Position numbers and translations under genes: made by a program. A stretch of 64,000 bases of DNA from Catajapyx aquilonaris (taxonomy: Eukaryota), in NCBI GenBank assembly GCA_000934665.2, contig KZ538095.1:1-64000 (forward strand). Direction: 5' to 3'. Below the pieces are notes generated by a model. It had not been told where the DNA came from and searched no databases. It was given only the letters and a program-made list of their open reading frames with translations. This document shows positions 38,701 to 53,407 of the stretch, in pieces. Positions within the stretch are counted from its first letter, which is position 1, and each line of letters begins with the position of its first letter.

Positions 38701-41700
38701 GTTCAAAACAGATATTCCTTGCTTTCAGATGTAAACAGAGCCATAAGCCGGTAGTCTTTGTACCTTGAGGCATACAGGCCGCTCAATACGTGTACCTGAA
38801 ATTTTTGAAAATGCATGACATTTTGAATTTGTGTGTATAAAAAATAATTAATAAAAAAACACATTTTCATAAAATAGATCACTCTGATTTGCAGCGCTAT
38901 TTTTATTTTTTTAAATTGCAAAGCGAGCCGAAATGGGGTTTCGCTTCGAGTGGTTTTCCACCACCCATATCGGACGGATACTCCTCCTGAGCGCACCTTT
39001 TTGTGGTAAAGGCGCCGGCGACATACCCCAGGTGAAACCCAATTTAGCATTCTCCTGCATAGTAGAGGGTTGCCCCGGGACGTGTGAGAAAAAGCCGTCG
39101 GCTGTTGACACCGCAAACAATGGCACATGTTATGTGTCCAAATCCGAATTCCGGCCCCGGCTCTCCATTTGTCAGGTACTGCTGCTCTGGGAAGAGAGAC
39201 ACAAGAATTAAGTTGCCTTGGCTGACTTTTGTTAATTTGGTACTACCGGCATTGGAACCGGGCCCTGAAACCGACCCCAATGTGTGGGCTTTGTATCTGC
39301 GGCCGAAATGGCTGACTGATTTCGTTAAGCTTTTCAGTGTGTATGTGTTGTATGTGTGCGTGAGGGTGGGTTTGAGAGGGCTGTGTGTGTGAGGGGTGTT
39401 CTGCATGCTTTTCAACCCGGAGCTCTGATTTGGGGCTAGCTAGCTCCAGGGATTGGGTGAGAAAAATAACCTTCTCACCTCCCCTCACGCCACCAGACAT
39501 TTTTTCGAAGGAAATTGCCTGGGCCTTGTTTACACAGCACATGGAAGACTTGGCACCTTATCACTAAGTCTCATTCATCAGGCCTCCAAATTTTGTAATT
39601 TTGTGTTTAACTGATATAATTATACCCAACCCCCCCCCCCCCCCCCTGAAGCGAAGTTCCTGATGGAACGTGACTCGCGGGCAGGGATGTTCAACGTGTA
39701 GCATATGCTTGAGGGTTTACAGTCAATGTGTCTAAAAATTCTGGCATTACCTACTGTATTCTGCAATGAAATTTGTCGCCATTTGTGCTGATTGAAGCTC
39801 ATCATTTTTTAAGTTGATGTGTGTTGGCTGCTGGTCAGATAATTTTTCTTCTGTAGTCATATAAGATTTCCTGTTGAACCGGGATCGATCCTAAGAGAGT
39901 TCCGTATCCCCCCAGGATTAATGAGTGCCAGTGGACATGCGGCCTATTTCTTCGCCCCCTATATATTGTTGTCAATAAAAAAAAATCCTATGGTAAGGGA
40001 GGACAGAAATGTGCGATAAAAGAGTGAGGAATCTGTCGTCAGGTCCATAAATTCACTTCCCCCCCTCCATCCTGAAATCGACAATTCCCTTGCATTATGC
40101 AATCCATTTGAGCATTATCAAAGGATCCCAAAGATGGTGGGACAGGTCAAAATGGACAAGGGCCGGCTGCTTTGCACAGGACTAATGGTCATTCTCTCCT
40201 CCCTTCTGCAATTACCTCCCCCGGAGGCGGCTGGAGAAATATCGCCACCCTCACTACTTCCTAATCCCAGAAGTGGGAATTCTGTTTGGTCGAGGGGACC
40301 TGGACAAGTTAAATACAATCGACCCCCACACCCTCACACAAGTTCCCGCTCCTCTTAAGTGGATATTAGGTACTCTTCGTCATGATTCAATCTCGCCTCT
40401 CTTTTTTTGACTTGTTTTTTTGTGTCCCCTTCGTATCGGACACATTGACTTTTTTTCACGCTCGCCCTAACCTCTCTCTGGATTTGGTTAATGAAATATG
40501 ACGCCCCCGGAACACTTGGCTCCTCATGCATCCCCTCCAGGATGGGGAAAAAGGGGAGGCCATGGTGATGGGGGGGAATTGAATCGGGTCCCAGCATGCA
40601 TATTTGATAAACTCGGCCCTGTTGAACGAAAATTGCAGCCGAAGGGAGATGGCAATTGGAGGTGATATTGTGTTAGGTGTATGTGATTCCGGGGAGGGGA
40701 TGGACATCCTGGATATTGACATATTCAAATGTTAGTCTCCAGGGTGGGGAGAGTCGGTGCAATCTGGCCATTTCGGAAACCCAAGAGCAGGCTATTAATT
40801 TTTTTGCACTCTTTGGAGTGAGAGGGGTTGGGTCAATATTTGCAGTTTCGTGTTGCAGATGGTCGATTCGCACTCTTGGGAAACGATGTGATGATGAGTC
40901 TCATATGGAGCTGGGATGAGTCAGAAATGGGACAAATGCCATCTTTTAGGGGGGGGGGAGTCCATGGGTATGGAAACAAATGTCGGGGGCCTCGTTTTGG
41001 TCGTAATGATGGTAATGAAGAGGGCACGCGACTGACATGGGTTAAACGAGGGTCAAGTCATGGCTCCGTGAGAACCGGAAGAAGGATGACTGCAGAAGGA
41101 AAGAAAGGGGCCATCAGCTTCCCTATCCCCTCCCATCCTTTTGGAGTCTTCCATATGAGTAGCGAGGCGGACCCCCATTTATCAGCAATGCTTCCTGTGT
41201 CAACAGAGCGGCACAATCGAGGGCAACCCCGAAACCTCGCGTTCAGATTGAGTCCATCTATCCATCCCTGCTTCCTCCAATTCATTTCTGCAGTCATAAT
41301 CAGCCCTTGCATGCCGCCCGATTGTTGACCCAAGCAGGCCCCCTTCTGCTCGGTACACATCATTTGGCACCGAAATCGGAGGGGTGCCTGTAGAAGAAAG
41401 GAAGAAAAAATAAAGGGGGGTGGCATCAAGGGGGGTAGATGGGCCGGTTAGGGGGTGATGGGGGGGGGGGGGGTACTGAGAGACTTGGCCTCAACTTGCT
41501 TTATGGTGTTGGACGGCCCCCGATTATGGCGCACTGCCCTAATAGTTTGTTCAAGATAGGGAGGAAATGTTATGATTTGTTGACCCCAGCAGCAACCAAC
41601 AGAAGCGACACTTTCATTGGTCACGCTTGTGGCGGTACAGTTGTGATTAACCCTTATCATGTTGGATACTTTTTCGTATATCAAAAATCCGAGAGCTGTG

Positions 41701-43426
41701 CTAAGCTGTAACCGTTAGAATAACCGTCAACTCGCTTCCTTCCGGTATCCCAAATATGGCGTCCGCCTGAGTCTCTCCACCTCGAAACTTCAGGCGAATC
41801 CCTCGCTTCAGCACGACGGTTCGCAGCAATTTTGACTAATGTACGAAGACGATCGGATCTGATAAACACTATAGGTAGGGAACTTTTTTGAGTGCATTCA
41901 GTGCATAGTGAGTATATAGGTCGACTACTTGTAGGCGGCGGTGTCGTGCGCAGGAGGGGCATTTCGGCGTCCATTCCGGACATGCCACATGAGCCGAACA
42001 CCGCTGCATAATGAGGCGAGCCTTCCGATACTGCTCCATTAACGAGAAGGCCCCCCCAACGTTCTGATATTGCTCCCCAGTGGTAATTTTTGCGTAAAAC
42101 TTCATTAGTTTGGCTCGTCAGGGAGCGGGGCCCGCCTATCTTGATTACCATCGATACATGGATCGCACTAACCTGATTTGCCTGCGCTCCTACACTTTTG
42201 CTAATTGGTTTATGTTGTAAAATAGGCGATCTTATTGTGTGCCGTTTACGCGAGGGGGAAAGTATGGGTGCTGCCGGGTTATGGGAGGCGGCGGAGTTTG
42301 TCCTTATTGATTTTGGGTTGAGTTAGCACGTCAAGGTACGGTACAGCTTCGTGTTGTGCAGGTGATTATATCGCTCAGAACACGTTACGCCGATAGAAAC
42401 ATCTTTTTTAAGCCAAAGAATTATCTGCAAGTATATAGTGCTGGGTCCATCATACTTGTGAGAGTGAAGCAGTTACTTTGAAAATAGCAATCAGAAGTAA
42501 AAATAGAGCGAGAAATATAGTTAGCTGGCAAAGAACTCTGCAATTCGAATAGCTCGTAATACCTTCTGGGTATGCAATTTGCATGCCCCTGTCTAGTATG
42601 CGCCTCAGCGAGATAGATAGCAGCATAGGTAACGTAATGTCCAAAATAAATTACAGTTCATTCTCGCTAATTTATTAGCCTCTTCCTAGATGCAACATAA
42701 CGCAATGCGTGTAGCCCCTTTTTAATTGACAGGGCACGCTATTCTGCACTTGCTTCGAGGTCACCAAGTGACAAGAATATTCAGATAGTTGGCTCTCATG
42801 TCTGCATACCGGGGCTGTTGCCGCTATGGAATTGCCAAGAAAGCAAGACTGTCTGCACTTTCATTATTATTAAACCAGACTGGAATGCATACTTGTTAGG
42901 GCTAAATTATTTAATGCGCCCATAGTTTTTCAGCCTCGCTTTTCTGTCCGGGTGTATACAAAGTAATATATAGTTGACGGACATACCTCTTGAGGAGCGA
43001 CACTCATCGTTTTGTCAAGTCGGCGGTTAGGAACACTTACTCTCCGAGTTGTCAGAACGAGAAATCCTTTCAGGCCTGAGGACAGAGAGCGAAAAGCGTG
43101 CGGTGGACCACCACTCGCATTATCCAACCCACTTCAGGAGAGCTGACAGCCTATGCGTGCCTCAGATACACCAACAACATCTTACCAGGAACAACCAAGT
43201 TATTATTTAGAGTCACAATATCAACTCCAAGTGTGACTGAAAATGATTTAAAACCACTAATATTGAACGATTGTTGGAAAGAGATTAACTGAAATATAGC
43301 AAGTAGTCTTTTTTGACATTTATAAAAAATTAGCTGACCTATCCTAGAGCCCTGAGTTAAATCTGTCTGGTGGTTCCCGAGATAGTACCTTCCATGGTGC
43401 ATCCATATTGAATGGGTATATATAGG

Positions 43427-43440
43427 GGCGCCTCTGGTTG
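43427..43440 (-). promoter_or_regulatory. CTCF-like motif (short-variant core)
   Basis: Minus strand CAACCAGAGGCGCC, the same AGAGGCGC variant as the 3004 and 20489 sites. Confidence 0.3.
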
Positions 43441-46400
43441 TTCGGATGCAGCTGTTGTGTGGAAGGGCTTCTTGCTAGCATCCCTGTGATTTGGGAGCTT
43501 CGTTTTCCATTCTCAGCCAGGGAGATAAGGGAGGAACTAGGGGACCATATTTGGGCTCTTTATGACACGGAAGAAGGTGCGAGGAAGAAAAGAACGGCAT
43601 TTCCCCAGGTTGCTGAGTTATGCCGATAGTCCCCTTTTTTCGGCACCTTCTGGCACGGAGATGGCGTCTCAACCACTTGGGAAATGGCGCTTTTCTGTCA
43701 CATCTCCACACAGCCGCTGCTCATGAAAACTTCAATTGAAAGCGGTCTGTTGAGGAAAAGTCACACCATTGAAGCTGCAAAAAATTTAGCCTAATACACC
43801 ATGAACCTCAATCGTCTAATATTTCACAATTTTTGCTGATTTGCCAATATTAGGTTGAATAAACCTGTTGGCGATTCAATGATTTTATTCATTTCAACTG
43901 GAAGTAGTATTTTTTTTTAAAAAAGGCTAAAGACGCGTCGATGCGTATCAGTACGTCAGAAGGCAAAAAGACGCCAGCAACAAATGACGCCTATATCTTG
44001 AGGGCTTGCAGCCCTTTAGAAGCGCCCCCACCTTTTTCGATTCCGCTTGGCTCTTATTTTTAACCGTCAATCCCCTTCGCCGACGTTGTTTGTTTCTAGA
44101 TTCCGATCCAGATAAATGACTGCTCATATTGAACCCTTCAAAAAAGCGGCGTTGGCGAAGAGTATGGAGGGAGGAAATACTATTTTTAACCATTGTTTCC
44201 TGCTCAACTGCTCATATTTATGCATTTGGACATGTTGTTATGAAACACATTGCGCCCCTTGTCTCCTCACCGATTCATTTTGGTAGACCTCAAATTCAGG
44301 CCATGGATGTAATCAGATTGAAACCTGTGCATTATTTATTAATGGACAGATAACCATAGACGCGACGATAACCGCGATTGCTATTATTATAGCAAGTGCA
44401 GCAATGAAGTTTTGACGTTTGTTGGTACAATTGTCTGAAAGTATGGAATATTCAAGTGCGTGTATAGTGCTTCATATTGTTTGTTTTAAATTACACTTAC
44501 ATAAATGTTTAGCATCAAATCACGGTAAAATGACTAATAGCATTGCATTCGATTATTACGGTGCTCAGATAACTGCAGTTGCCTGGCCTATAATATAGTG
44601 GTGATATCTGTCGGTTAAATAAATTTGCGCGATTTTAATCTCGATAACAGCTATTGGATTTTATGAAATTTTAACAATAGATGCTACAACATACATAGAA
44701 TCAAAGCATGTGACACTAATTCTGCCAACCCTGCTAAATGGATCCGGGAAAAAAAAAGCAAATCGCTTGGAGGTAGTTTTTCTCGTTCTTGGGAATAACA
44801 CAAGCTTGCTGCTCGGTAGCCCTGAAATTGTTTGCAAATATTGGGAGGGAGCATTGCAGAAGCGTGTTTGAGTTGAAAGCAGAGAGATAGTGGAGTATGT
44901 GAGGTGAGAGTGGATGCTGTAAGTTTGCTAATGTGAACCGCCTGAGGGTCCTCCTCTCCGCTTGATGGCCCCAGAACCATGTGTGTTATGTTATGAATAT
45001 ACTGGAAGCAGGCGAGGAAAGGAGTGGAGGAAGAGGGTTTTGCGGTCGGGGGGGTACTGCAAACACCAAACACATTAGCGGTTTCTCATGTCGGCCTGGG
45101 ATCTATGTTTATTAATATCGCCAGGGCGGCTGCTGCAATGCCTCAGGTCGCTTTCATTTTGAACCTGACAAGGAAAGCTTGCTCTCATAGAGAGTGTCAC
45201 CTGCTTTTTAGTCCGAAACTGTTGAATCTTTAAAAAAATTTGGTGCATACCTTCAGTATAGTCTAATTGGTGATGCATAAGACTTGTTTATACAATTCAT
45301 CGTGCCGGGCCAGACTGGGGGCTAATGCGTCTTGTCTCGGAACCACATGTACGCAAAGTCCAACCTAATGTACGATCCAGCCTGGCTTTGAAATATGGCT
45401 CCGCCAGTTTGGAACATTAATGGGCTAATTTCGCGGGCTGCCTGCCCATTTTTCCTTGCGGATTATTTTCCGACTGGGCTCGAAAAGTGTCGGAGCTTTC
45501 ACTTCATCCGGCTAGATGGGCCTCTATTTCATCATGGACATGGATAAACAAGACCATAATTATCCAGGCCACACACAATGCCTTCCGGGAAAATATGGGA
45601 CCAGAAGCAAGTCCTATTTAATAACCGGAAAATCTGTTCCATGTGCGACTATAAAGCAACTCGGGACCACCTTCTTGGAGAGCTGTTAACCCTTTCCAGC
45701 TGATGCGGCCTCGTAAAGTAAAAACCATTAAGAAAAGCGTATTTTCTCCTTGTCCCTTCATTCATTAGCTGGCAGAAGTAGGCCCTTAACGCCCCAGAAA
45801 AACGAGGGCCTTCCACTAACGTATATATAGCCCCGCACTACATCTCTGTTAACTTGGGCCAAGCTTTATTTCGTTGGGTTTCTGCAGATTAATTCGGAAA
45901 GGCAGAGGGTGGGGTGTGTCGTTCTTACATTTCCAGACACTTTCTCAAGACATGATGAGACTTCAATTGTGGCAGGGAACATTCCGGACCATTTTTTTTC
46001 TGAACGGTTCTCAGCCTATGCGGGATTTGGTAGCTGATTTTTTTATTTATCGTGGTCATTTGCAGTGGTGAAGCGCAGTAACTCGTGTGTACCTTCAGTT
46101 GTGAACACCCCGTGAAATATTTGCCGTTCATTTTCCACTTGATGGCCAGGAACAGCTTCTGGTTTCTTCCCACCGTGAGGGGCGAAGCACACACGCCGAT
46201 GCAGCATCACTTGACACCTCTCCGTACATGGGCCAAGAGAGAAAAAAAAGACATTTTATAAATCTGCGAAAAGTGTATATAGCAAAGCTTGTTTTTACGA
46301 GCTTTTATTTTATGAGGCGCATTATCCAGAGATGTTGGCATTCCCATCGGCCTAGGGTGAGCGTTTCCTATTAGTTGGTGTTAAGTCCCGGAATATTTCG

Positions 46401-49269
46401 CCCGCCCACCTAAACATGCCGGGTCGTAATTGATGCAAATGCCGTCTTTCTTCGAGGTAGGTCCCCCCCCTCCTCCTCCTCCTCAGGAATCCATCTCGCT
46501 TGTTACTCAGTTTTCTAGTGCCATGACTGCCATCTTTCACCGACACCCGATCTCACGCCATGGTGGTAATTTACCAGGAAGTGCCTCTTTGTACTCGATG
46601 CATATGACGCACCCCTGGCCCACCTTGACAGCATGACGTGGCCAGGGGAAAAAAATTAAGTATTTTCTTAAGCCTCTCTGACCAATAGTGTTTGTTCAGT
46701 GCTTGAAGTTGATCTGGCGAAACTTCGTTCAATAAATAAATAAATAAACTTAATATGTGCCCTGTTAGCGCTAATGGCTGCCAGGGTGCATTCAGCAAGT
46801 GTAAGGAAAAAAAAGGACAGATACGCCGGAATTGTGTACAGTTTGCCGACTAATGTTTGAGACAAAACTGATAGCATCGTTCCAGCGCTTGTTCTGTAAA
46901 ATCCGGGCTCGGATGCCTGGAAGATGGTGGCTTCTCCATGCGGGGCAACAAGCAGAGAAGCAATTCCTGTTGGATTGATAAGAGCAGGGCTCTCCTCCAA
47001 TGGGCTGGCTCCCCCATTCGCTCCATCTTCTTCTTCGTCCCGGATAAAGGCTTCTTCTACCCCCCCTTCATCCGGACACACACACAAAAAAAAGTGCGCG
47101 CCAGGGAGGCATGTGAAAAATGACACGTTATTTTCTTATCAAAACATAAAAGCGCTGAGCCTAGGGGCTATCTCGGAAGGAAATGACCATTTTTACAGTT
47201 TCTCATCATGGCAGCCCATGAATAAATTCACACTTCCATCCCTTGCGCCTCCTGATAAGCCCTTTTCCTACGACGAGTGACGTGCTCTTTTGGCGACGCC
47301 TTGCCAGGGATGGAATAATATCCCGGATTCCCGGAGGAATGGAGGAGGACGCCAGGGATAATGCTACTGGATAACACACACAGAAAAAAACAGGAGAAGC
47401 GCAATGTTGCTTTCTGGGATTGCGTTTTCTAAGAAAAGCTGTGGGGAAGTTCAAAAAATGTGTCACCATTTTCTTTCAGTTGACACATTCTTAAAAAATA
47501 TCGACACAAATATTTTGTAAAGAAAAAGTGTTACTACCAAAAAAAAGTTTAGAGTTTATATATAATGGTCCAGGAGGCAAGAAGGAAGTAGGAAGTTTTC
47601 CAATCAAGTTTGGGTCGTGTAATTTGCAAGAAAAGGTTCTTTTCGGCCATCCGCATCGGACAGATGGGACCGTTTTCTTGAAGGAAATCCGCGGCCATTT
47701 CTTCTGGACATTGCCCATTGGATGCGAGGCTCTTCTTGCTGCTTCCCCTTCCGGCGTCAACATTCCCAGTGACAAAGAGCCGCATTACACGTACCCGCAA
47801 TCCATCGAATTATCCCTTCCCCTTCTGTTTAGCTTACCTTTAATTTCCATTAAGTCGGGAAAAGAAAAACGATAATGCTCATGTACGAACTTTCCAGGGC
47901 ACCTCCTGAGATTATCTGCAGCTGAAGCCCAGAATGAAACTTGGGTGCGGTGGAAAGACCAGTCAGAATTTAATGGGTGTACTTTATAACAAGAATTACT
48001 GCCGTGTTAATTGAATTTATTTGGTTATTAACTGAGTACTAATACGTATAAAGTTTGTGTGTGTGTAAAAATTAGGAAAACTGATGTGACCACTTTGAGT
48101 GTCTGTTATAGGCACTAGAGCCTAAGATAACGAACATTCCTCTAATATGAATTTCACCAAATTATTAGAATTCTACTGACAGATTAAATACATATTTTCT
48201 AAGTGAACTGTAGGTTTTTAATTTCAAAAGTATGAACTTCACGCTGTAAAAAAGCTGCACAACTCACTGTTGATACCAAAGAAAATTTTCCATTGTTTAC
48301 ATACACGTAACTTACTGATTCAAATCAGTGTTTCGCACCATTTTATCAGTCGATCAGCCCAAAATTCCATATACCTTATTAGTGCTGATAATTATTTCAA
48401 TCATCTGTAACAATGAGAAACTGTATGCCTGCATATGTTTGTTAATTTTACACCACATACTACATTTGAAAAAAGGAAACTTATTTCTTAACACGACTAT
48501 TACAATGATGCCATATTGGTAGAAGTTATCTTATGAGCCATGTTCAAACCAACCTGGTTGCCTATACCTCCCAAGACCCCCCTCCCCTGCCCCACCCAAC
48601 ATTTAAGCCAGTTACATCCGCAGAATTAGATCAGCTGGAAACTGCCATGCAATTTTTTTTAGCAGCCGTTGTTGTTGTTAAAGGAGTAGCGGCAATCAAA
48701 TGAAATTGGCTCCACAATCCGTTTCCATAAAAAAAGGAGAAAAAACGAAAAAAAAGGAGAAAAAGAGGTGAGTCGCTTGAAAGTGGTTGGGTGGGCGCAA
48801 CTCGTCCGGGGTGGGCCTGGCAAAGTGACGAAACCGAAAATTCTATCAATCCGGGTCGGATTTGGCCTGCTCCTCTCCTCCGGAAAGAGAGCTTTAATGA
48901 TATTTTTCCAATCTGCAGTTACGGGGCGCCTAGAAACCCTCTCTACGATCACGACTGAGCTTCCAATTCTTTCCAAGGTGCTCCTCTTGCTCCTCTAATT
49001 ACATGTGGCGGCGCCCGAATGACATCAGGTAAATGAAACCCTGTTCCAATATAACCTCCAATCATTCTTTGGGCCCGCTTAAAGGACCTTTCCCGCCCGG
49101 AAATTATTGTCTATCTGGCTGCGGTAAAACGCATAGGTCTCATTATGTCTATTACTTGGGGCAAACGGAGGTGTTTAGACGGAATGAGCATTTCAGGTCT
49201 CGGCCTACTTAACATCTTTTATCTTCCGCCGGAAGAGAATAGGGTTGGTTGGTTGGCTCCTTCTTCCTT

Positions 49270-49380
49270 GGAGTCCTCCGTGTCTTCCTAGGAAAACGAA
49301 AAGGGGACTTTCCGGTGTCTTCAAACTAAAAGGGAGTCTACTGTGCCTTCCAGACCGAAAACTCTCTCCGGTGTCTTCGC
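49270..49380 (+). repeat. Short degenerate tandem repeat (3-4 units of about 30 bp containing CC(G)GTGTCTTC)
   Basis: CTCCGTGTCTTCC, TTCCGGTGTCTTC, CTGTGCCTTCC and CTCCGGTGTCTTC separated by AAAAGGG/GAAAA-containing spacers. Confidence 0.45.
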
Positions 49381-50149
49381 CGAATTGCTTCTAACCGAAT
49401 TGCACCCGGCACGTCTCTTAATTTCACTAATTTGAAGAAAAAAATAAAATGTAAGTTATGCATGGATTGTCTTGTATCAACTAGAGGCAGTGCAGATTTT
49501 GGCATGTTATAATCACGTTTGAGGCATGTACTTGCAACGTTTTAATTACATGTGCTGGACCAGAATTCCGTTTTTGTACGTTTTATTGAGCATTTCACCA
49601 ATCAGGACGGTAGGCTAAACCGGCCCCCAATTTAGCTGAAAATGCAATTAGCAGAGTTTTTTTTAGCTCAGTGGCGAATCACAACAATGCAGAACATATT
49701 TTATAATCAGTTTTATTGAGCATACCTTATTTTAAAATTTTTTACTGACAATATTTTTGTACATTAATTTCATTATTACACAACAGTAAATAGTTGTTCA
49801 ATTTTGATCATCGAGTGTAATGTTATTATGTTCACAGTAATAGGGTAGAACCTTTCTCCGACAAGTGAGTGTAGTACTCGGAATGGGTCATATGCATATA
49901 CATCAAATTGTTCATAAGCAAATTAGCACTATTTGGCCAACTAGTAATTCGGCAGAATGCGACTCGGCGAAACAGTCAAGTATCGTCTTGTGCCAGCAGG
50001 GAAATCGTTTACGATGATAAGGCCCTCTGCTGGCTGCAGTTTAGATTGAGCGTTCCCACGCCAATCCTCTGAAAGCAAGGGATTCTTTTTATTATTCAAT
50101 GATGCGTGCGATCATTACTTGTCCCTAAGTGCCAAAAGCTGAAGACTTA

Positions 50150-50790
50150 ATGGCATAAATTTAGAGAGTTCAAAATTAGAATGGGCCAAGGAGCTTTTCG
50201 CCCTTTCCCTCCCCCCCTCCCCCCCCCCCTTCTGTTTTGTAATATCATGGGCCTGGCATAAAACCCAGCCGGCATGCAAATATGGGTAGCATCGGAATTG
50301 GGATGTTGAATAATAAATGATCCCATCATTGATTATCCCCCAAACTCTCCCTTCCTCCCTCCCCCAGCCTCTCCCCAGTTTTTCTTTTATTGGAAGACGC
50401 CAAAAGTGTCTGGCTGCTTGCAAATGGATCGCATTTTTCTTGCTCCAACCCATTTGAAATTCGCTCTAATCTTCGCCCAAGTCCTATTTATCTATTTAGT
50501 AATGAAAATCGGCGGAATTTAATAGGGTGGGGAGGAGGGGGTAAGGGCTTTAAAAAAAAAAAGAAGAAGAAGAAATGGGAGGCGAACTCCGCTCGTTTTG
50601 TCGACTGCAAATCAAAGTTATTACGCTGCGCCCGAGAGAAGTTTGCTCCGGCGCCGACGCTTTGTTTTAGAGATTTTCCACACTGTAAATGCGGCTGCCA
50701 ATCGCGTTTTTGCACTCGGGGGGGAAGGAGGAGGAGGGAAGAGGGGAGATGAAGGCAGCCAAAGCTGCATAAAACTTTATGGCTTTCCGA
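50150..50790. promoter_or_regulatory. Candidate enhancer rich in Cdx/posterior-Hox-type sites
   Basis: GCATAAA (50153), GCATAAAA (50256), octamer ATGCAAAT (50274), TTTTATTGG (50385) and a back-to-back inverted pair GCATAAAACTTTATGGC (50767-50783). Confidence 0.4.
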
Positions 50791-53407
50791 CTGGCTGGGT
50801 GTCGAGATGAGCCGCGCCCAGCAGGAGAAGAGGAAGAAAAAAAAAGTTTGGAAAAAAAGGAAGAGAGAGAGGGGAAAAAAAGCAGCATCTCGACTTACAG
50901 TCCTATTTGATCTGCTTTAACTTGAGGACGCTTCCAGGACACTTTGGAATACGGAAGGACCCACTCCTTTGCGGTCGCACAAACATCCGACTCTAATCAT
51001 TATTGGGAGGGCATTCGAATTGATTTCAGATTCGATTCTAGGCAAAGCGTAGTGTGGTGTGTATTGGATGTGTAGTTATTTATTGGGTGGAGCTAGGTAT
51101 CAGATAAAATTGAGATATTAATCAACATATTTCAAATTGTTACTGCGATATATTTTGATACCTTGTACACACTTCAATATATTGGACAGTATGGTTAATT
51201 GTGACTAAATTTTTGCACTAATTGTAAGTAAAATAGCTCACATCTTAATTATTGACTGTCGTGCCCCAAAATCTTGCACCTACTACAATGTGGTGTGAAA
51301 TCGGCAATTAATGGGTGCGGATGATGTTGATGATTACGTTAGAGAACAAAGTAACGATAAAACCAGTTATTTTATAGCCGCGTTTCGAGTTCGTGTCAAA
51401 TTGGAGCAGGGCATTGCATAAACATGAAGGCTGATGTGTGTTGAAAGGCGATATGTCGCAAGAATGGGTGTCTGGATATTGACCCGGATTTAATATGGGT
51501 GACGTAAACAATGAAACAAGAAGGGATAATGTAAACGTTTCGGAGAGCCCATTTGTCATGATATATTCAAGGCACTGGGCAGTTCAGTGAACCACAAAAT
51601 ACATTCAATGGACCCATAAATAGACGACGTTCCAGTATACAAAAACAGGTAGTTATTAATCACAAAACCAAGTGCTGAGGACTTTTGAATTGCCTCAGTG
51701 TTCCTGAATAAGGTGATAATAAGGGTGCAGTTGGTCTTTGCAATTATAACGAAGACGAGTCAGAAGTTCAAATCATTCTCATCAATATTTGCGCAGTGGA
51801 TTAGTCGTTGCCGCCGTTTCCTAAAGGCTTGGTTATGAACTTTACATATTCGACTTGGGAAGGTCAACGTCTCTGTCTCGTAGCAGCAGCCATTGCGCCA
51901 ACGCCTTCATGTTGATTTCCAAATTACCAATTCCTAGACTCATCAGTCCGGGCGTCTGTGATGGGCATAAGGCGTGAGATAAACATCCTATTTAATGGTT
52001 TCAGGTCGAATCGTGGCCTGCATTGCCCCTCAGCCCCTCAAAATAGTTGCGCCACATCTCTTCTTCCACGTCATGGTTCCTCAAAATTCAATTTGGAAGG
52101 TGTCAGAGGAAGATGACTCCGAAATGAGGAGGGCGGGACCAGTTCACTTATCCACTAATAAAGCTCCGCCTGGTTCTGATCGAATGCGTATGCTTCCGTC
52201 TGGGTCTGACGTGGTCCTGTATATTGTGGCCCACGGCTATGAGGTGCAGCTCCCCTCATCTAGAGGCGTGATTGGCACCCATGGGGCAGACCTGTCCGAC
52301 CTATGCCTTGAAAACTTGTTATTAAAACATTGGAGAAGACAGGTGTAATTATTCGCGATGGGTGATGAGCAACAGCCACGGGCCCCTGATGGCTGCCGAA
52401 ATAATGGGTCTAATGTGAGGTCATTTTTTGGACGGGGTCATTCGACGGCCGCTTTTGTGATATTTCGGTCAGTTGTGACGTGCGTGTCATGCCAAGTGTA
52501 TGGTGTTTGACCTGCCTGACGGAGAGGGGCTGCTCGATATGGATTCTTGCGGGTGAGTAGCCTTCGTTGTGCGGCCGGATATTGGGGTGTTTACCAGTGT
52601 CATTGGGAGTTGTTGAACTCTTTTGACTAGACAGGCTTTTATATAAGATTCTAGGGGAATGACCATCGAAAGTATAGGTATTGCAGGTGTACAAGAATAA
52701 TTGAGCAATTTCCGATCGTGATTTGTACGAGTATAAATTAATATTTCATTATATAGGCAATATAGCCGCCAACCCTGTACCTTTTAAGAGAGACCCAAAA
52801 TGGATAGTAATCTTGAGTGTAACACCCTGACCTGCAAGACGACGAAGGGTATATAAGTGCAGTGCAAGGAAAGGCGGTTTGGAAGATATGGCCGCAAGAG
52901 AACCGTCGAGTTTAAACGCGTAGAAATTCCGGGCAATAATCCGGAGAAAGCGCAAAACGTGTAATGTTTCCGGACCACAACTCAAGTATTAAGATCCCCC
53001 CTCCATGGGGCTCTTGACGTGGTTTTGCAACATTCATGCGGAACGGAGTGCGAATGGTGGTAAGTTTTCATGAATGCAATATGAACGCCATGTAGCAGGA
53101 AATAAGGTGGTTTGGACCTACGTTTCTGCGGTTTAGTTTGCTTACTCGCGATTGTGCTCCTATCCTGGCTTTTGCGGCGGTTTCTGGCTTACGAGGAACT
53201 CCTAGGCCCACGTCGCCAGGAAACTTTATTGGTGATTCCAACTAATACTCCACGTACCATGAGCTAAAAGTAGGCATATTGGAGCCGGAGGTAAAATTGT
53301 ACTGCATGTATTATTTTTACACATCCTATCTGCATAAATTCCACGCATGCGTCTACTCCGCTAACCGAGGCGTGATTGACCACCTCAGATGAGGTTATGA
53401 AATGGAG

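Noticed and set aside
41039..41055. DR5 retinoic-acid response element GGGTTA-AACGA-GGGTCA
   Set aside because: One half-site is off consensus, and such matches are expected by chance in 64 kb. I noticed no perfect DR5.
49270..49380. CRISPR-like repeat-spacer pattern
   Set aside because: The repeats are only ~11 bp and degenerate, the spacers resemble each other, there are no cas genes, and the context is eukaryotic.
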